The notes under the pieces: model-generated
Told to the model about the DNA's origin: nothing
The model's database searches: none
What the model saw: only the letters and a program-made list of their open reading frames with translations
Assembly: GCA_043806415.1 (NCBI GenBank)
Contig: JAZDHB010000025.1
Span: 1-46,124 of the forward strand
Direction of reading: 5' to 3'
Source of the DNA: Candidatus Micrarchaeota archaeon
GTDB lineage: Archaea; Micrarchaeota; Micrarchaeia; Anstonellales; Anstonellaceae
DNA: 46,124 nucleotides
Program-made: the position numbers and the translations under genes
Part shown: in pieces, positions 14,714 through 21,310 of the stretch
How the letters are laid out: the number at the start of each line of letters is the position of its first letter
Position numbering within the stretch: position 1 is the stretch's first letter

Positions 14714-15385
14714 TCAGTTCCCGCTCGAGGATAGCCTGTCCAGCTTCTCGATCATGTCGTTGAGCTCTTTTCCGTACACGGCCGACACCTTCAACGTCGC
14801 CGAAAACTGCGTCTCGATCGGGATCTCCTTGTTGATGCTGACCATGACGTTCCCGTAGCTCTTGGCCACATCGATGGGGATGCTCGCATTGACCTTGAAG
14901 TTGTCCTTGATGTGCAACGGCACGAGCTGGCCGGTGTTGGACTGCGCCGTCACGGTGGTGTCGATGGGGACGTCCGCCGTCAGCGGCACGCTGAACGAAT
15001 CGGGCAGCACGTCTGCGATCGGGAACGTCTTGTCGATCACGACCGTCGTGCGCAGGGGCGAGGTCATGGTGATTTCCTTGTTCTGGATGGCACGCAGGTC
15101 GGCCGTGACGTCCTTGAGCACGGCGCGGTCGGACGCGCTCAGCCCCTTGACGGACGTCACCGAGACGAACAGGGCGGCGGCGGAGAGCAGCAGGGCGACG
15201 AGGCCGAGCACGAGGGGCAGTTTGGACATGGCGGCCGCTTCGGCGCCCGCCGACTCGAGCGAGGCTTTGTCCGATGCGCTCTTCGCCTCCTCTTTCTTGG
15301 GCTCTTTCGCCCCTTCCATCTCTTCGCGGCTCTTGCCGGCCATGAGGCCGGAGGGGAGCTTGGAGAAATTTTCGTCGTTTGCCAT
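14714..15385 (-). CDS. Hypothetical single-pass membrane protein
   Basis: Acidic/basic N-terminus, TM LPLVLGLVALLLSAAALFVSV, and a beta-rich C-terminal domain. No family recognised. Confidence 0.6.
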   Translation of the reverse strand: MANDENFSKLPSGLMAGKSREEMEGAKEPKKEEAKSASDKASLESAGAEAAAMSKLPLVLGLVALLLSAAALFVSVTSVKGLSASDRAVLKDVTADLRAIQNKEITMTSPLRTTVVIDKTFPIADVLPDSFSVPLTADVPIDTTVTAQSNTGQLVPLHIKDNFKVNASIPIDVAKSYGNVMVSINKEIPIETQFSATLKVSAVYGKELNDMIEKLDRLSSSGN

Positions 15386-15450
15386 AACGTCCTATTGCGG
15401 CGAATAATTAAAAAGCGATTTGCCCTTAATGGAAGCCTAGGTGATTTTCG

Positions 15451-15732
15451 ATGCCCAAAGTCCTGTTCAAGAATGACAATCTTAGCGTGGAATGCCCGGC
15501 CGGCACCAAGCTCGTCGAGTTGGCCGAGCAGAAAGGCGCGTCCATCAACTTCTCGTGCAAGGAGGGCGTGTGCCTCACCTGCCTCGTCAACGTCGTGTCC
15601 GGCATGGAGAACCTCAACGCGCGCACCGAGAACGAGACAAGCACGCTCGAGGCGTTCGGCGCGCAGCCCAACCAGCGCCTCGCCTGCCAGGTCGTCATCA
15701 ACGGCGACTGCGTGATCGAGACGGTCGGATAA
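15451..15732 (+). CDS. [2Fe-2S] ferredoxin (plant-type fold)
   Basis: 93 aa with CKEGVCLTC (Cx4Cx2C) and a distal Cys in RLACQV. Confidence 0.8.
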   Translation: MPKVLFKNDNLSVECPAGTKLVELAEQKGASINFSCKEGVCLTCLVNVVSGMENLNARTENETSTLEAFGAQPNQRLACQVVINGDCVIETVG

Positions 15733-15763
15733 AAGGCGGGCCAGCCGCGCTGCAAGGTGACCC

Positions 15764-17209
15764 ATGGGTTCTGCCAAAAATTATATGCTTGCGGCCATCG
15801 CATTGGGGGTCTTCATACTTCTCGTCTGGGCCTGCTTTCAGGTCGGAAAGGCTTACATCGAGAAGGCAATCGTATATATTGCGGTGTTCTTCGTTTTGCT
15901 GATTTTCGCCCTTGGTGGCCTCGGAGTCTATTATCATGGATTGAATCTTTATCGGATCTATTCGCTCATCCAATATACGCCTACGTCAAAGGCCGTATCC
16001 TTGGCACCTGGCATCAGCGAGGCGCAGGGGCCGGCCCAACCGCACGACCGGCTCAAGACGGCACCTTACGGCCTCAAGCCCTGCGTGTTCTATTGGACGC
16101 GTATATACAAATGGTCGGGTTATGGAAAACATCGAAGACGCGACCTAGTGAAAGTCCTCAAAAGCAACGATTGCTTCGACATCGTGGACGAGACGGGCGC
16201 CATCACCATCCGCCCCTCGAAAATCCCGGGAGGCCACGGGGAATGGGAGGGCGACATCTACCTCAAGCGCGATGTGAATGCCCGAGTGGTGCCGAGCCGG
16301 AACAGCCTTTTTGGGGTTATGGGCCGGATAATGGCGATTCTGATGGGACGCGAGCCCCCCAAGCCGCCCGAGCCGAAGTCCGGAAGCGATAAGGGGCGCA
16401 TGCGCGCCATGCTGGCGTCCTATTGCCCCGATCTGCTCGAATACCGCGACCAGGTGGATGTGGAGGAGACCTACATCGAGCCGGGCGATCTGATTTATGT
16501 CTTGGGCACGGCGCGCCCCAAAGAGGCTCAAAATCCGGATGATCTGGAGATTGCCTACGAGCCGACCAACAAAATCTTTTGCGTCTCAGATGGCAGCGAG
16601 AAGAATACAAAGCGAAGCGCTCTTCTGAACGCTTTTTTGCTCGGCTTCATCGGCCCAATAATCTTCGCAGTCTGCATTATGCTCATGGCGAGGATATGCG
16701 CGGCTGGATTGAGCCAGATCGTGGACAGCCTTTTGGCCGGGCTGGTCGTGCTTCTTTATACCTGGTTTGCAGCTACCAATCTTTTCGAACTCTATAACGG
16801 CACCGTCCGCCTGCGCCAGAACATCGAGAAAGCGAAGGCCAATGCAGACGCTCTTTATGACATGCGCCATAATTTGTTGCCCAAGCTGGTCGACGTGGCC
16901 CGGTCGGCTTCCAAATACGAAAAGGGATTGCAGGACGAACTGGTGCGTTTGCGGGGGGTGGAATCTGAAGATGCCCTCAAGCGCCTGATGGCCTTGAGCG
17001 AGGACTATCCGAAACTGAAGGCCAGCAAGAACTTCCTGTTTCTGCAAAAGCGGCTTGAAACCGTGCAGGAGAGGCTGGCCGGCTCGCAAGCCTATCTGGT
17101 GGATGCCACCACGCTCTACAACGCGCGCGTGCAGTCTTTCCCCTATTTCCTCTTCACGCCGTTGGTGGGCCTGCGGGCGATGCCGATGCCTGATTTCAGT
17201 TCGGCTTGA
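15764..17209 (+). CDS. Membrane protein with a C-terminal LemA domain; the N-terminal TM and central domain are possibly GIDE-like
   Basis: The C-terminal third (NLFELYNGTVRLRQNIEKAKANADALYDMRHNLLPKLVDV...YNARVQSFPYFLF) matches the LemA pattern. Several N-terminal and central TM helices are present. Confidence 0.75.
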   Translation: MGSAKNYMLAAIALGVFILLVWACFQVGKAYIEKAIVYIAVFFVLLIFALGGLGVYYHGLNLYRIYSLIQYTPTSKAVSLAPGISEAQGPAQPHDRLKTAPYGLKPCVFYWTRIYKWSGYGKHRRRDLVKVLKSNDCFDIVDETGAITIRPSKIPGGHGEWEGDIYLKRDVNARVVPSRNSLFGVMGRIMAILMGREPPKPPEPKSGSDKGRMRAMLASYCPDLLEYRDQVDVEETYIEPGDLIYVLGTARPKEAQNPDDLEIAYEPTNKIFCVSDGSEKNTKRSALLNAFLLGFIGPIIFAVCIMLMARICAAGLSQIVDSLLAGLVVLLYTWFAATNLFELYNGTVRLRQNIEKAKANADALYDMRHNLLPKLVDVARSASKYEKGLQDELVRLRGVESEDALKRLMALSEDYPKLKASKNFLFLQKRLETVQERLAGSQAYLVDATTLYNARVQSFPYFLFTPLVGLRAMPMPDFSSA

Positions 17210-17211
17210 GC

Positions 17212-17637
17212 TTATGGAAGCTCGAGATAAACCGGGATTGTTTCTCGCCCCTTCCAATCCAGGATGTCGGTCTCGAACCCCTTGTGCCGGTACCATTCGA
17301 TAACGCCCGGCGTTGCCTTGGCATGCGCGATAAGGTGGGAGCACCCTGCAGATTTTCGGATGCCCAAGGCGATGCCCACCACATAATCTAAAAGAAGGCC
17401 AGCACCGCCCCGCCCCTCTTCTTTCTTGTCGGTCGCCAGCTTGCCTATAAGAAGGGCCGGGAACTGGCGGGGGAAATCTTTTGGATAATCTCCCAAGCGC
17501 CGGCCCCGCAGGATAAACTCCTTCTCATCCGGTATCTTGAGCGAACCCGTTGCCAGCGTGAGATAAGAAATGAGCTTTCTATCTGATTTGGAGATAAGGA
17601 GATAGGTGACGCCAAGATGGAGGCGCTGGAAGGCCAT
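17212..17637 (-). CDS. GNAT-family acetyltransferase toxin (TacT/KacT-like); conserved sequence continues upstream to about 17772 with no start codon
   Basis: LLIGKLATDKKEEGRGGAGLLLDYV resembles the acetyl-CoA motif. The in-frame stop-free upstream stretch reads ...KFSSDEVYLSILSPEHQPLLSDFSSCSDELNGYLKSDA, which looks like the family N-terminus. It contains no ATG, GTG or TTG. Confidence 0.65.
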   Translation of the reverse strand: MAFQRLHLGVTYLLISKSDRKLISYLTLATGSLKIPDEKEFILRGRRLGDYPKDFPRQFPALLIGKLATDKKEEGRGGAGLLLDYVVGIALGIRKSAGCSHLIAHAKATPGVIEWYRHKGFETDILDWKGRETIPVYLELP

Positions 17638-17771
17638 GGCGTCGCTCTTGAGATAGCCATTGAGTTCATCGCTGCAGGATGAGAAGTCGGAAAGGAGCGG
17701 CTGATGCTCTGGCGAGAGGATGGAGAGATAGACCTCGTCCGATGAGAATTTTCGCTGCGTAGACGCACACC

Positions 17772-17915
17772 CTAACGGAGCTCAAGATGGAGCTTCTGGG
17801 CGCGCGCAATGGTGGCATCCCGGGCCGGATTGGGCGCCTTGGCTAGCCAGTGAGCGAGAAACCGCTCGGCTTCTTCCGGAGCCAGTTCGACTATGTATTG
17901 GATAGGTTTAGCCAT
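17772..17915 (-). CDS. 47-aa putative antitoxin-like partner resembling the C-terminal toxin-binding half of DUF1778
   Basis: MAKPIQYIVELAPEEAERFLAHWLAKAPNPARDATIARAQKLHLELR. It is not in the ORF track because it is under 60 aa. Its TAG overlaps the first in-frame codons of the GNAT reading frame. Confidence 0.4.
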   Translation of the reverse strand: MAKPIQYIVELAPEEAERFLAHWLAKAPNPARDATIARAQKLHLELR

Positions 17916-17987
17916 GCACTTCGCCTCGGGTAATATAAGATGCCGAACGGGCTTAATAACGCTTTGGAGGCGGGTTTCCGATCGAAG

Positions 17988-18422
17988 CTAAGTCCGTTCA
18001 GCACGCCGTAGCCATTCGCTTTTCCTTTCCAGTTTGGCATCCAGCGACTCCTTGACGCCCATCCACTTGAATCCGCAGAACGGGGCATCCACTTTCGCCG
18101 TCCGCCTCTTCGCGCTCACCATAAAGCCGAGCGCCGGGACGAATTTCCGTCTTTTCCTCGAGCCCACGTTGAATTCCCCCTGCACGATCGCCTGATGCAC
18201 CTGTGCGTCGATGCCGCACTGGGCCGCGACGGCCCGCTTGAGGGCTTCCACCGGATCCTCGCCGGCATAGACGAATACGGACGGAAGGGCGAAAAGGCTT
18301 TTTCCGGCAAAATCCTTCGTCTCCAGGAAGAGGTACCTTCCCTCGTCCTCGAGCAGGGCGCAGGCTAGGGCGACCGGCTTCTTGGCTTCGAGCAATTTCC
18401 TTCGGCGCATGATTGAATGCAT
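17988..18422 (-). CDS. Nudix-fold protein with a degenerate Nudix box
   Basis: GEDPVEALKRAVAAQCGI occupies the position of the Gx5Ex7REUxEExGU box, but the catalytic EE pair is absent. An alternative start at 18410 is possible. Confidence 0.45.
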   Translation of the reverse strand: MHSIMRRRKLLEAKKPVALACALLEDEGRYLFLETKDFAGKSLFALPSVFVYAGEDPVEALKRAVAAQCGIDAQVHQAIVQGEFNVGSRKRRKFVPALGFMVSAKRRTAKVDAPFCGFKWMGVKESLDAKLERKSEWLRRAERT

Positions 18423-18474
18423 CCCGTAATGTTCTTATTGATGCCTTGTCAGATTTATTCTGTTGCCGGTGTCG

Positions 18475-18543
18475 CATAACCTGGCAGCGCGCGAAGCCTT
18501 TTTCTTTCGTGCCGAAAGAAAAAGCCTTCAGGGAAAAAGAAAG
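18475..18543 (+). pseudogene. tRNA-Ser 5' fragment (positions 1 to about 26) fused to a copy of the intron hairpin element (family member 2, 18494-18543)
   Basis: CTGTTGCCGGTGTCGCATAACCTGG is identical to the region around the start of the functional gene 111 nt downstream. The anticodon-arm 5' strand is deleted. The hairpin CTTTTTCTTTC/GAAAGAAAAAG has one extra T and one matching extra A relative to the intron copy. Confidence 0.6.
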
Positions 18544-18552
18544 GGCGATTTG

Positions 18553-18560
18553 TTATAAAA
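18553..18560 (+). promoter_or_regulatory. TATA box for tRNA-Ser
   Basis: ttataaaa lies 26 nt upstream of tRNA position 1. Confidence 0.6.
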
Positions 18561-18585
18561 TGATACAGGGTAGAATCACTCTGTT

Positions 18586-18736
18586 GCCGGTGTCGCATAA
18601 CCTGGTAGTGCGCTGGTCTTGAAGAAGCCTTTTCTTTCTGTGAAAGAAAAGCCTTCAGGGAAAAGAAAGTCCCGAAGGGAGGCTTCCAGATAACCAGTCC
18701 CTTACGGGATTGCAGGTTCAAATCCTGCCGCCGGCG
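18586..18736 (+). tRNA. tRNA-Ser(UGA), class II, with an approximately 68-nt intron at 37/38 (about 18624-18691; family member 3)
   Basis: GCCGGTG-TC-GCAT-AACCTGGTA-GTGC-G-CTGGT-CTTGAA[intron]A-ACCAG-TCCCTTACGGGAT(long variable arm)-GCAGG-TTCAAAT-CCTGC-CGCCGGC-G73. Confidence 0.85.
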
Positions 18737-18818
18737 CTCACTTCGCTCGCTTGTCGGCAGTTTGAGCCCTGCGGGCTCAAAACCCTCGCGCATCTGGCGC
18801 TCGGTCCTGCCGCCGGCG
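18737..18818 (+). repeat. 68-nt hairpin mini-insert plus a 14-nt duplicate of the tRNA-Ser 3' end
   Basis: TCCTGCCGCCGGCG occurs at 18723-18736 and again at 18805-18818. The insert contains the hairpin TTTGAGCCC-TGC-GGGCTCAAA (18761-18781). Confidence 0.8.
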
Positions 18819-18864
18819 ATTGATTATTTAACTGTCGCATTCTTATCCCTCTAGAGGTTTTCCC

Positions 18865-19020
18865 ATGGGAATGAGCAAGCACGATCTGGAGCGAAAAAGG
18901 CAGAACATGAAGCGGCGCGTGGAGGAGCTGGAGCTCCTCGTCAAGAACGACCCGCTCAAGCGCAAGCCCCAGATCCACGAGGAGCTCGAGAAGCTCAAGA
19001 AGCAGCTCGCCGAGAACTAG
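18865..19020 (+). CDS. Small (51 aa) coiled-coil protein, hypothetical
   Basis: MGMSKHDLERKRQNMKRRVEELELLVKNDPLKRKPQIHEELEKLKKQLAEN. The A/T box gattatttaac lies about 27 nt upstream. It is below the ORF-track size cutoff. Confidence 0.4.
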   Translation: MGMSKHDLERKRQNMKRRVEELELLVKNDPLKRKPQIHEELEKLKKQLAEN

Positions 19021-19050
19021 TTTTCGGCCCTTTCAATCTTTTCCGCCTTT

Positions 19051-19365
19051 TTACTCTTTACTCGATTTTCGGAAGGCGTCGATCAGCCCGTGGGCGTAGT
19101 TGATGGCCCCGAACGCGGTCACGTAATCCTTCTTCTTGAGGAAATATTTGGTGTCCTCGCAGTATTGCTCTGCCAGCTCCAGCACATATGCGTTATCCGT
19201 CGTCTTCTTCACTTCCTTGACGTTGGCGTAGAACTGGTCGATGTCGGAGCGGATCCGCTCCTCATCGTTTTTCGCGCTGGCATGGCCGGATTTTCTTTTT
19301 TTGCGCTCCATTTCCATTCCCTTTGCGACGAATTCGTTTTCTGACGTGATTTGTTGCGATATCAT
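19051..19365 (-). CDS. DUF357-like small archaeal protein
   Basis: ELAEQYCEDTKYFLKKKDYVTAFGAINYAHGLIDA resembles the DUF357 helical-hairpin motif as I remember it. I chose the MISQQ start because the TATA ctattatag lies about 20 nt upstream. The track ORF extends to 19413. Confidence 0.5.
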   Translation of the reverse strand: MISQQITSENEFVAKGMEMERKKRKSGHASAKNDEERIRSDIDQFYANVKEVKKTTDNAYVLELAEQYCEDTKYFLKKKDYVTAFGAINYAHGLIDAFRKSSKE

Positions 19366-19379
19366 TTTAAGTCCCCGCC

Positions 19380-19388
19380 CTATAATAG
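19380..19388. promoter_or_regulatory. Palindromic TATA box (ctataatag) shared by divergent genes
   Basis: It lies between ATG 19365 (minus) and ATG 19413 (plus). Confidence 0.45.
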
Positions 19389-19412
19389 CCTTCGCATGCT
19401 GGGGTAGTTTCA

Positions 19413-19754
19413 ATGCTCGTCATCACCAAATCATTCATCGGCCGCGTCAAATTCGGGCAGAAGGAGGACGCCGGCGTGTACACCTGGATCGCCTATCCCA
19501 ACGACCAGTATGCGATGCATTCGGCGGTGATGAAGGTCACCCCGGTCAGCAAGAACCACGAGGAGGGCGAGGAAGAGAAGAAGCACGCGCACGTGAAAAG
19601 CGAGCAGGGAAAAGGCGGCCAAGACGGAGAAGAAGAGAGGAAAATCCAGAGCGTGAAAGTCGGAGGGGGCGATTCTTCCGTGGAGGTCGCGCCCGCCCCC
19701 GCCCGCGTCGCCACCCTCCAGCCGTTCAAGCAATTCGAGCTTTTCCTGAACTAA
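19413..19754 (+). CDS. Hypothetical protein with an acidic low-complexity centre
   Basis: 113-aa ORF about 29 nt downstream of the shared TATA. No family recognised. Confidence 0.45.
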   Translation: MLVITKSFIGRVKFGQKEDAGVYTWIAYPNDQYAMHSAVMKVTPVSKNHEEGEEEKKHAHVKSEQGKGGQDGEEERKIQSVKVGGGDSSVEVAPAPARVATLQPFKQFELFLN

Positions 19755-19797
19755 ACCCTTTTTTAATTTGATTTTGGCCTATTTAACAAGCATTCAT

Positions 19798-19947
19798 GCC
19801 CTCGTAGCTCAGTGGTAGAGCGCCTGTCTCGTAAGCTTTTCTTTTCTCCTGCGGGAGAAAAGAAAACCTTGGAAATGAAAAGAGAAGCATCGGCTTTCTT
19901 CTCTTCGGGATAACAGGAGGTCACGAGTTCAAATCTCGTCGGGGGCT
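19798..19947 (+). tRNA. tRNA-Thr(CGU) with an approximately 78-nt intron at 37/38 (about 19834-19911; family member 4)
   Basis: GCCCTCG-TA-GCTC-AGTGGTA-GAGC-G-CCTGT-CTCGTA[intron]A-ACAGG-AGGTC-ACGAG-TTCAAAT-CTCGT-CGGGGGC-U73. Confidence 0.9.
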
Positions 19948-20024
19948 AAACTTCGTTTAGCCAGCCCGACTTTGAGCCTGCTGGCTCAAATCCCGCCAAC
20001 TGTTGTTGGCGGTCGTCGGGGGCT
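19948..20024 (+). repeat. 65-nt hairpin mini-insert plus a 12-nt duplicate of the tRNA-Thr 3' end
   Basis: TCGTCGGGGGCT occurs at 19936-19947 and at 20013-20024. The insert has hairpins TTTGAGCC-TGCT-GGCTCAAA (19971-19990) and CCGCCAAC-TGTT-GTTGGCGG. Confidence 0.8.
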
Positions 20025-20053
20025 TGCGAAGAAAAGTTAAACTTCAATATCGA

Positions 20054-20749
20054 CTATCTGACTATGTTTGAACGATAGTAGCTACAAGTAGCATAATTTA
20101 CGCGAAATTGTGTGAATGGATAAGCGAATGTCCCGCCTCGTGACCCATCTGTATAATATTCGACAAAAAATACATTATCTCCGATTGAGCCAACTTTCTT
20201 TCCGAGCGGAAGCATTCGTCCCGTCTCATCGATAGATTTGTAGGGGTAATACGTCATATTAAATCCAGATATGTTTGATTCGGGTATAAGCTCCATCTCA
20301 ACAACCATCATTGTTTCAGAACCTAACTGTTCAATTTGTCCATTCGGCGAAATTTTAGTTTGATTTCGGCTGAGGGAGACGTCATAAAAATAATAAAAAT
20401 TCCTATTCTCTCCCGCATAAGTGCCATTAGCTACTCTTCCTGCCGGACCTCCAAGCGACCAGTCATTTGCATTTTTTAGGTTTGAAGATTGCATCCAATA
20501 CTCCTTTGGAAATGATGGCGCATCTCCATTATAATCTATGAAAAATGTCTGGACTGGGGCAAATGCATCAGTGCAATCTATGTAATCTCTGTTCAGTTTC
20601 ATCGCGCGGTCGACAGGTGGAGGTGTTTGTATTGTTCTTGGTGCAGTGTTGTCTATAGATGAACCGCTAGGAGCTGGTTGAACTACGTCTTTGAGTACGC
20701 ACCCGAAAAGGAGGGCAAGTGCAAATATCGAAATCAAAACAACTCGCAT
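20054..20749 (-). CDS. Putative lipoprotein or secreted protein, hypothetical (islet cargo)
   Basis: Signal peptide with a lipobox-like LLFGC. The protein is Asn/Tyr-rich and A/T-rich, unlike the host genes. Confidence 0.65.
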   Translation of the reverse strand: MRVVLISIFALALLFGCVLKDVVQPAPSGSSIDNTAPRTIQTPPPVDRAMKLNRDYIDCTDAFAPVQTFFIDYNGDAPSFPKEYWMQSSNLKNANDWSLGGPAGRVANGTYAGENRNFYYFYDVSLSRNQTKISPNGQIEQLGSETMMVVEMELIPESNISGFNMTYYPYKSIDETGRMLPLGKKVGSIGDNVFFVEYYTDGSRGGTFAYPFTQFRVNYATCSYYRSNIVR

Positions 20750-20786
20750 GGAAAATTCACCACTTAGATCTTTTATCTTTTTGTCA

Positions 20787-21092
20787 TTATTTCGAGTCTA
20801 ATGCCTCTTGTAGTTCTCGCTCTGCGGTTTCCCAATCTCCTCCTTGAGTCAATAGACCGAGAAGAATTCCGCCAAACAAAACGATGTTGATTGTGTTGAA
20901 CCGTCCGAACTTCTCAACTATCTTACCTTCTTCATCTAAACCAAAATAAAGAGTTCTATAAAAAAATACACGTATCGCCTCGATATTATGCCCATCTTGG
21001 GAAAGAGAAACATCAAACTTTCCACTTGCTTTTAGCTTGTCGATTGTTTTTTGCATTTTTTTATTCTCGGTAAGATCGCCCGTCTTTTCCAT
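20787..21092 (-). CDS. Small hypothetical protein with one TM (islet cargo)
   Basis: 101 aa with the hydrophobic segment INIVLFGGILLGLL. Confidence 0.5.
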   Translation of the reverse strand: MEKTGDLTENKKMQKTIDKLKASGKFDVSLSQDGHNIEAIRVFFYRTLYFGLDEEGKIVEKFGRFNTINIVLFGGILLGLLTQGGDWETAERELQEALDSK

Positions 21093-21310
21093 AAGAAACT
21101 AACCGAATTGTTATATATTAATCAATCGCCAAGTGAGAATGACCTCCAAATATGGGCAAACAACGAGTTTTTAATGTCATAAGAAAACCAAACTATAACT
21201 ATCTGTTCAAATCTCGTCGGGGGCTTAAACACATCCCGGAATCAAGTTGAAGAAAAAGAAAAACAAAAAGAGAAACGCCGGATAAAATAGAAAAATCCGG
21301 GCCCGAAAGC

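Larger units (their letters stand above)
19948..21225. mobile_element. Low-GC islet of about 1.3 kb at tRNA-Thr, bounded by a 21-nt direct repeat of the tRNA 3' end; no integrase
   Basis: GTTCAAATCTCGTCGGGGGCT occurs at 19927-19947 and at 21205-21225. The composition drops sharply (19 G+C in 20041-20100). The islet contains two minus-strand ORFs. Confidence 0.75.

Noticed and set aside
18455-18793. 112-aa minus ORF and 86-aa ORF 18718..18978 over the tRNA-Ser locus
   Set aside because: They overlap the tRNA, its intron hairpins and the duplicated 3' end, and they have no coding signal. The plus-strand 51-aa ORF with its own A/T box is the better candidate in 18865-19020.
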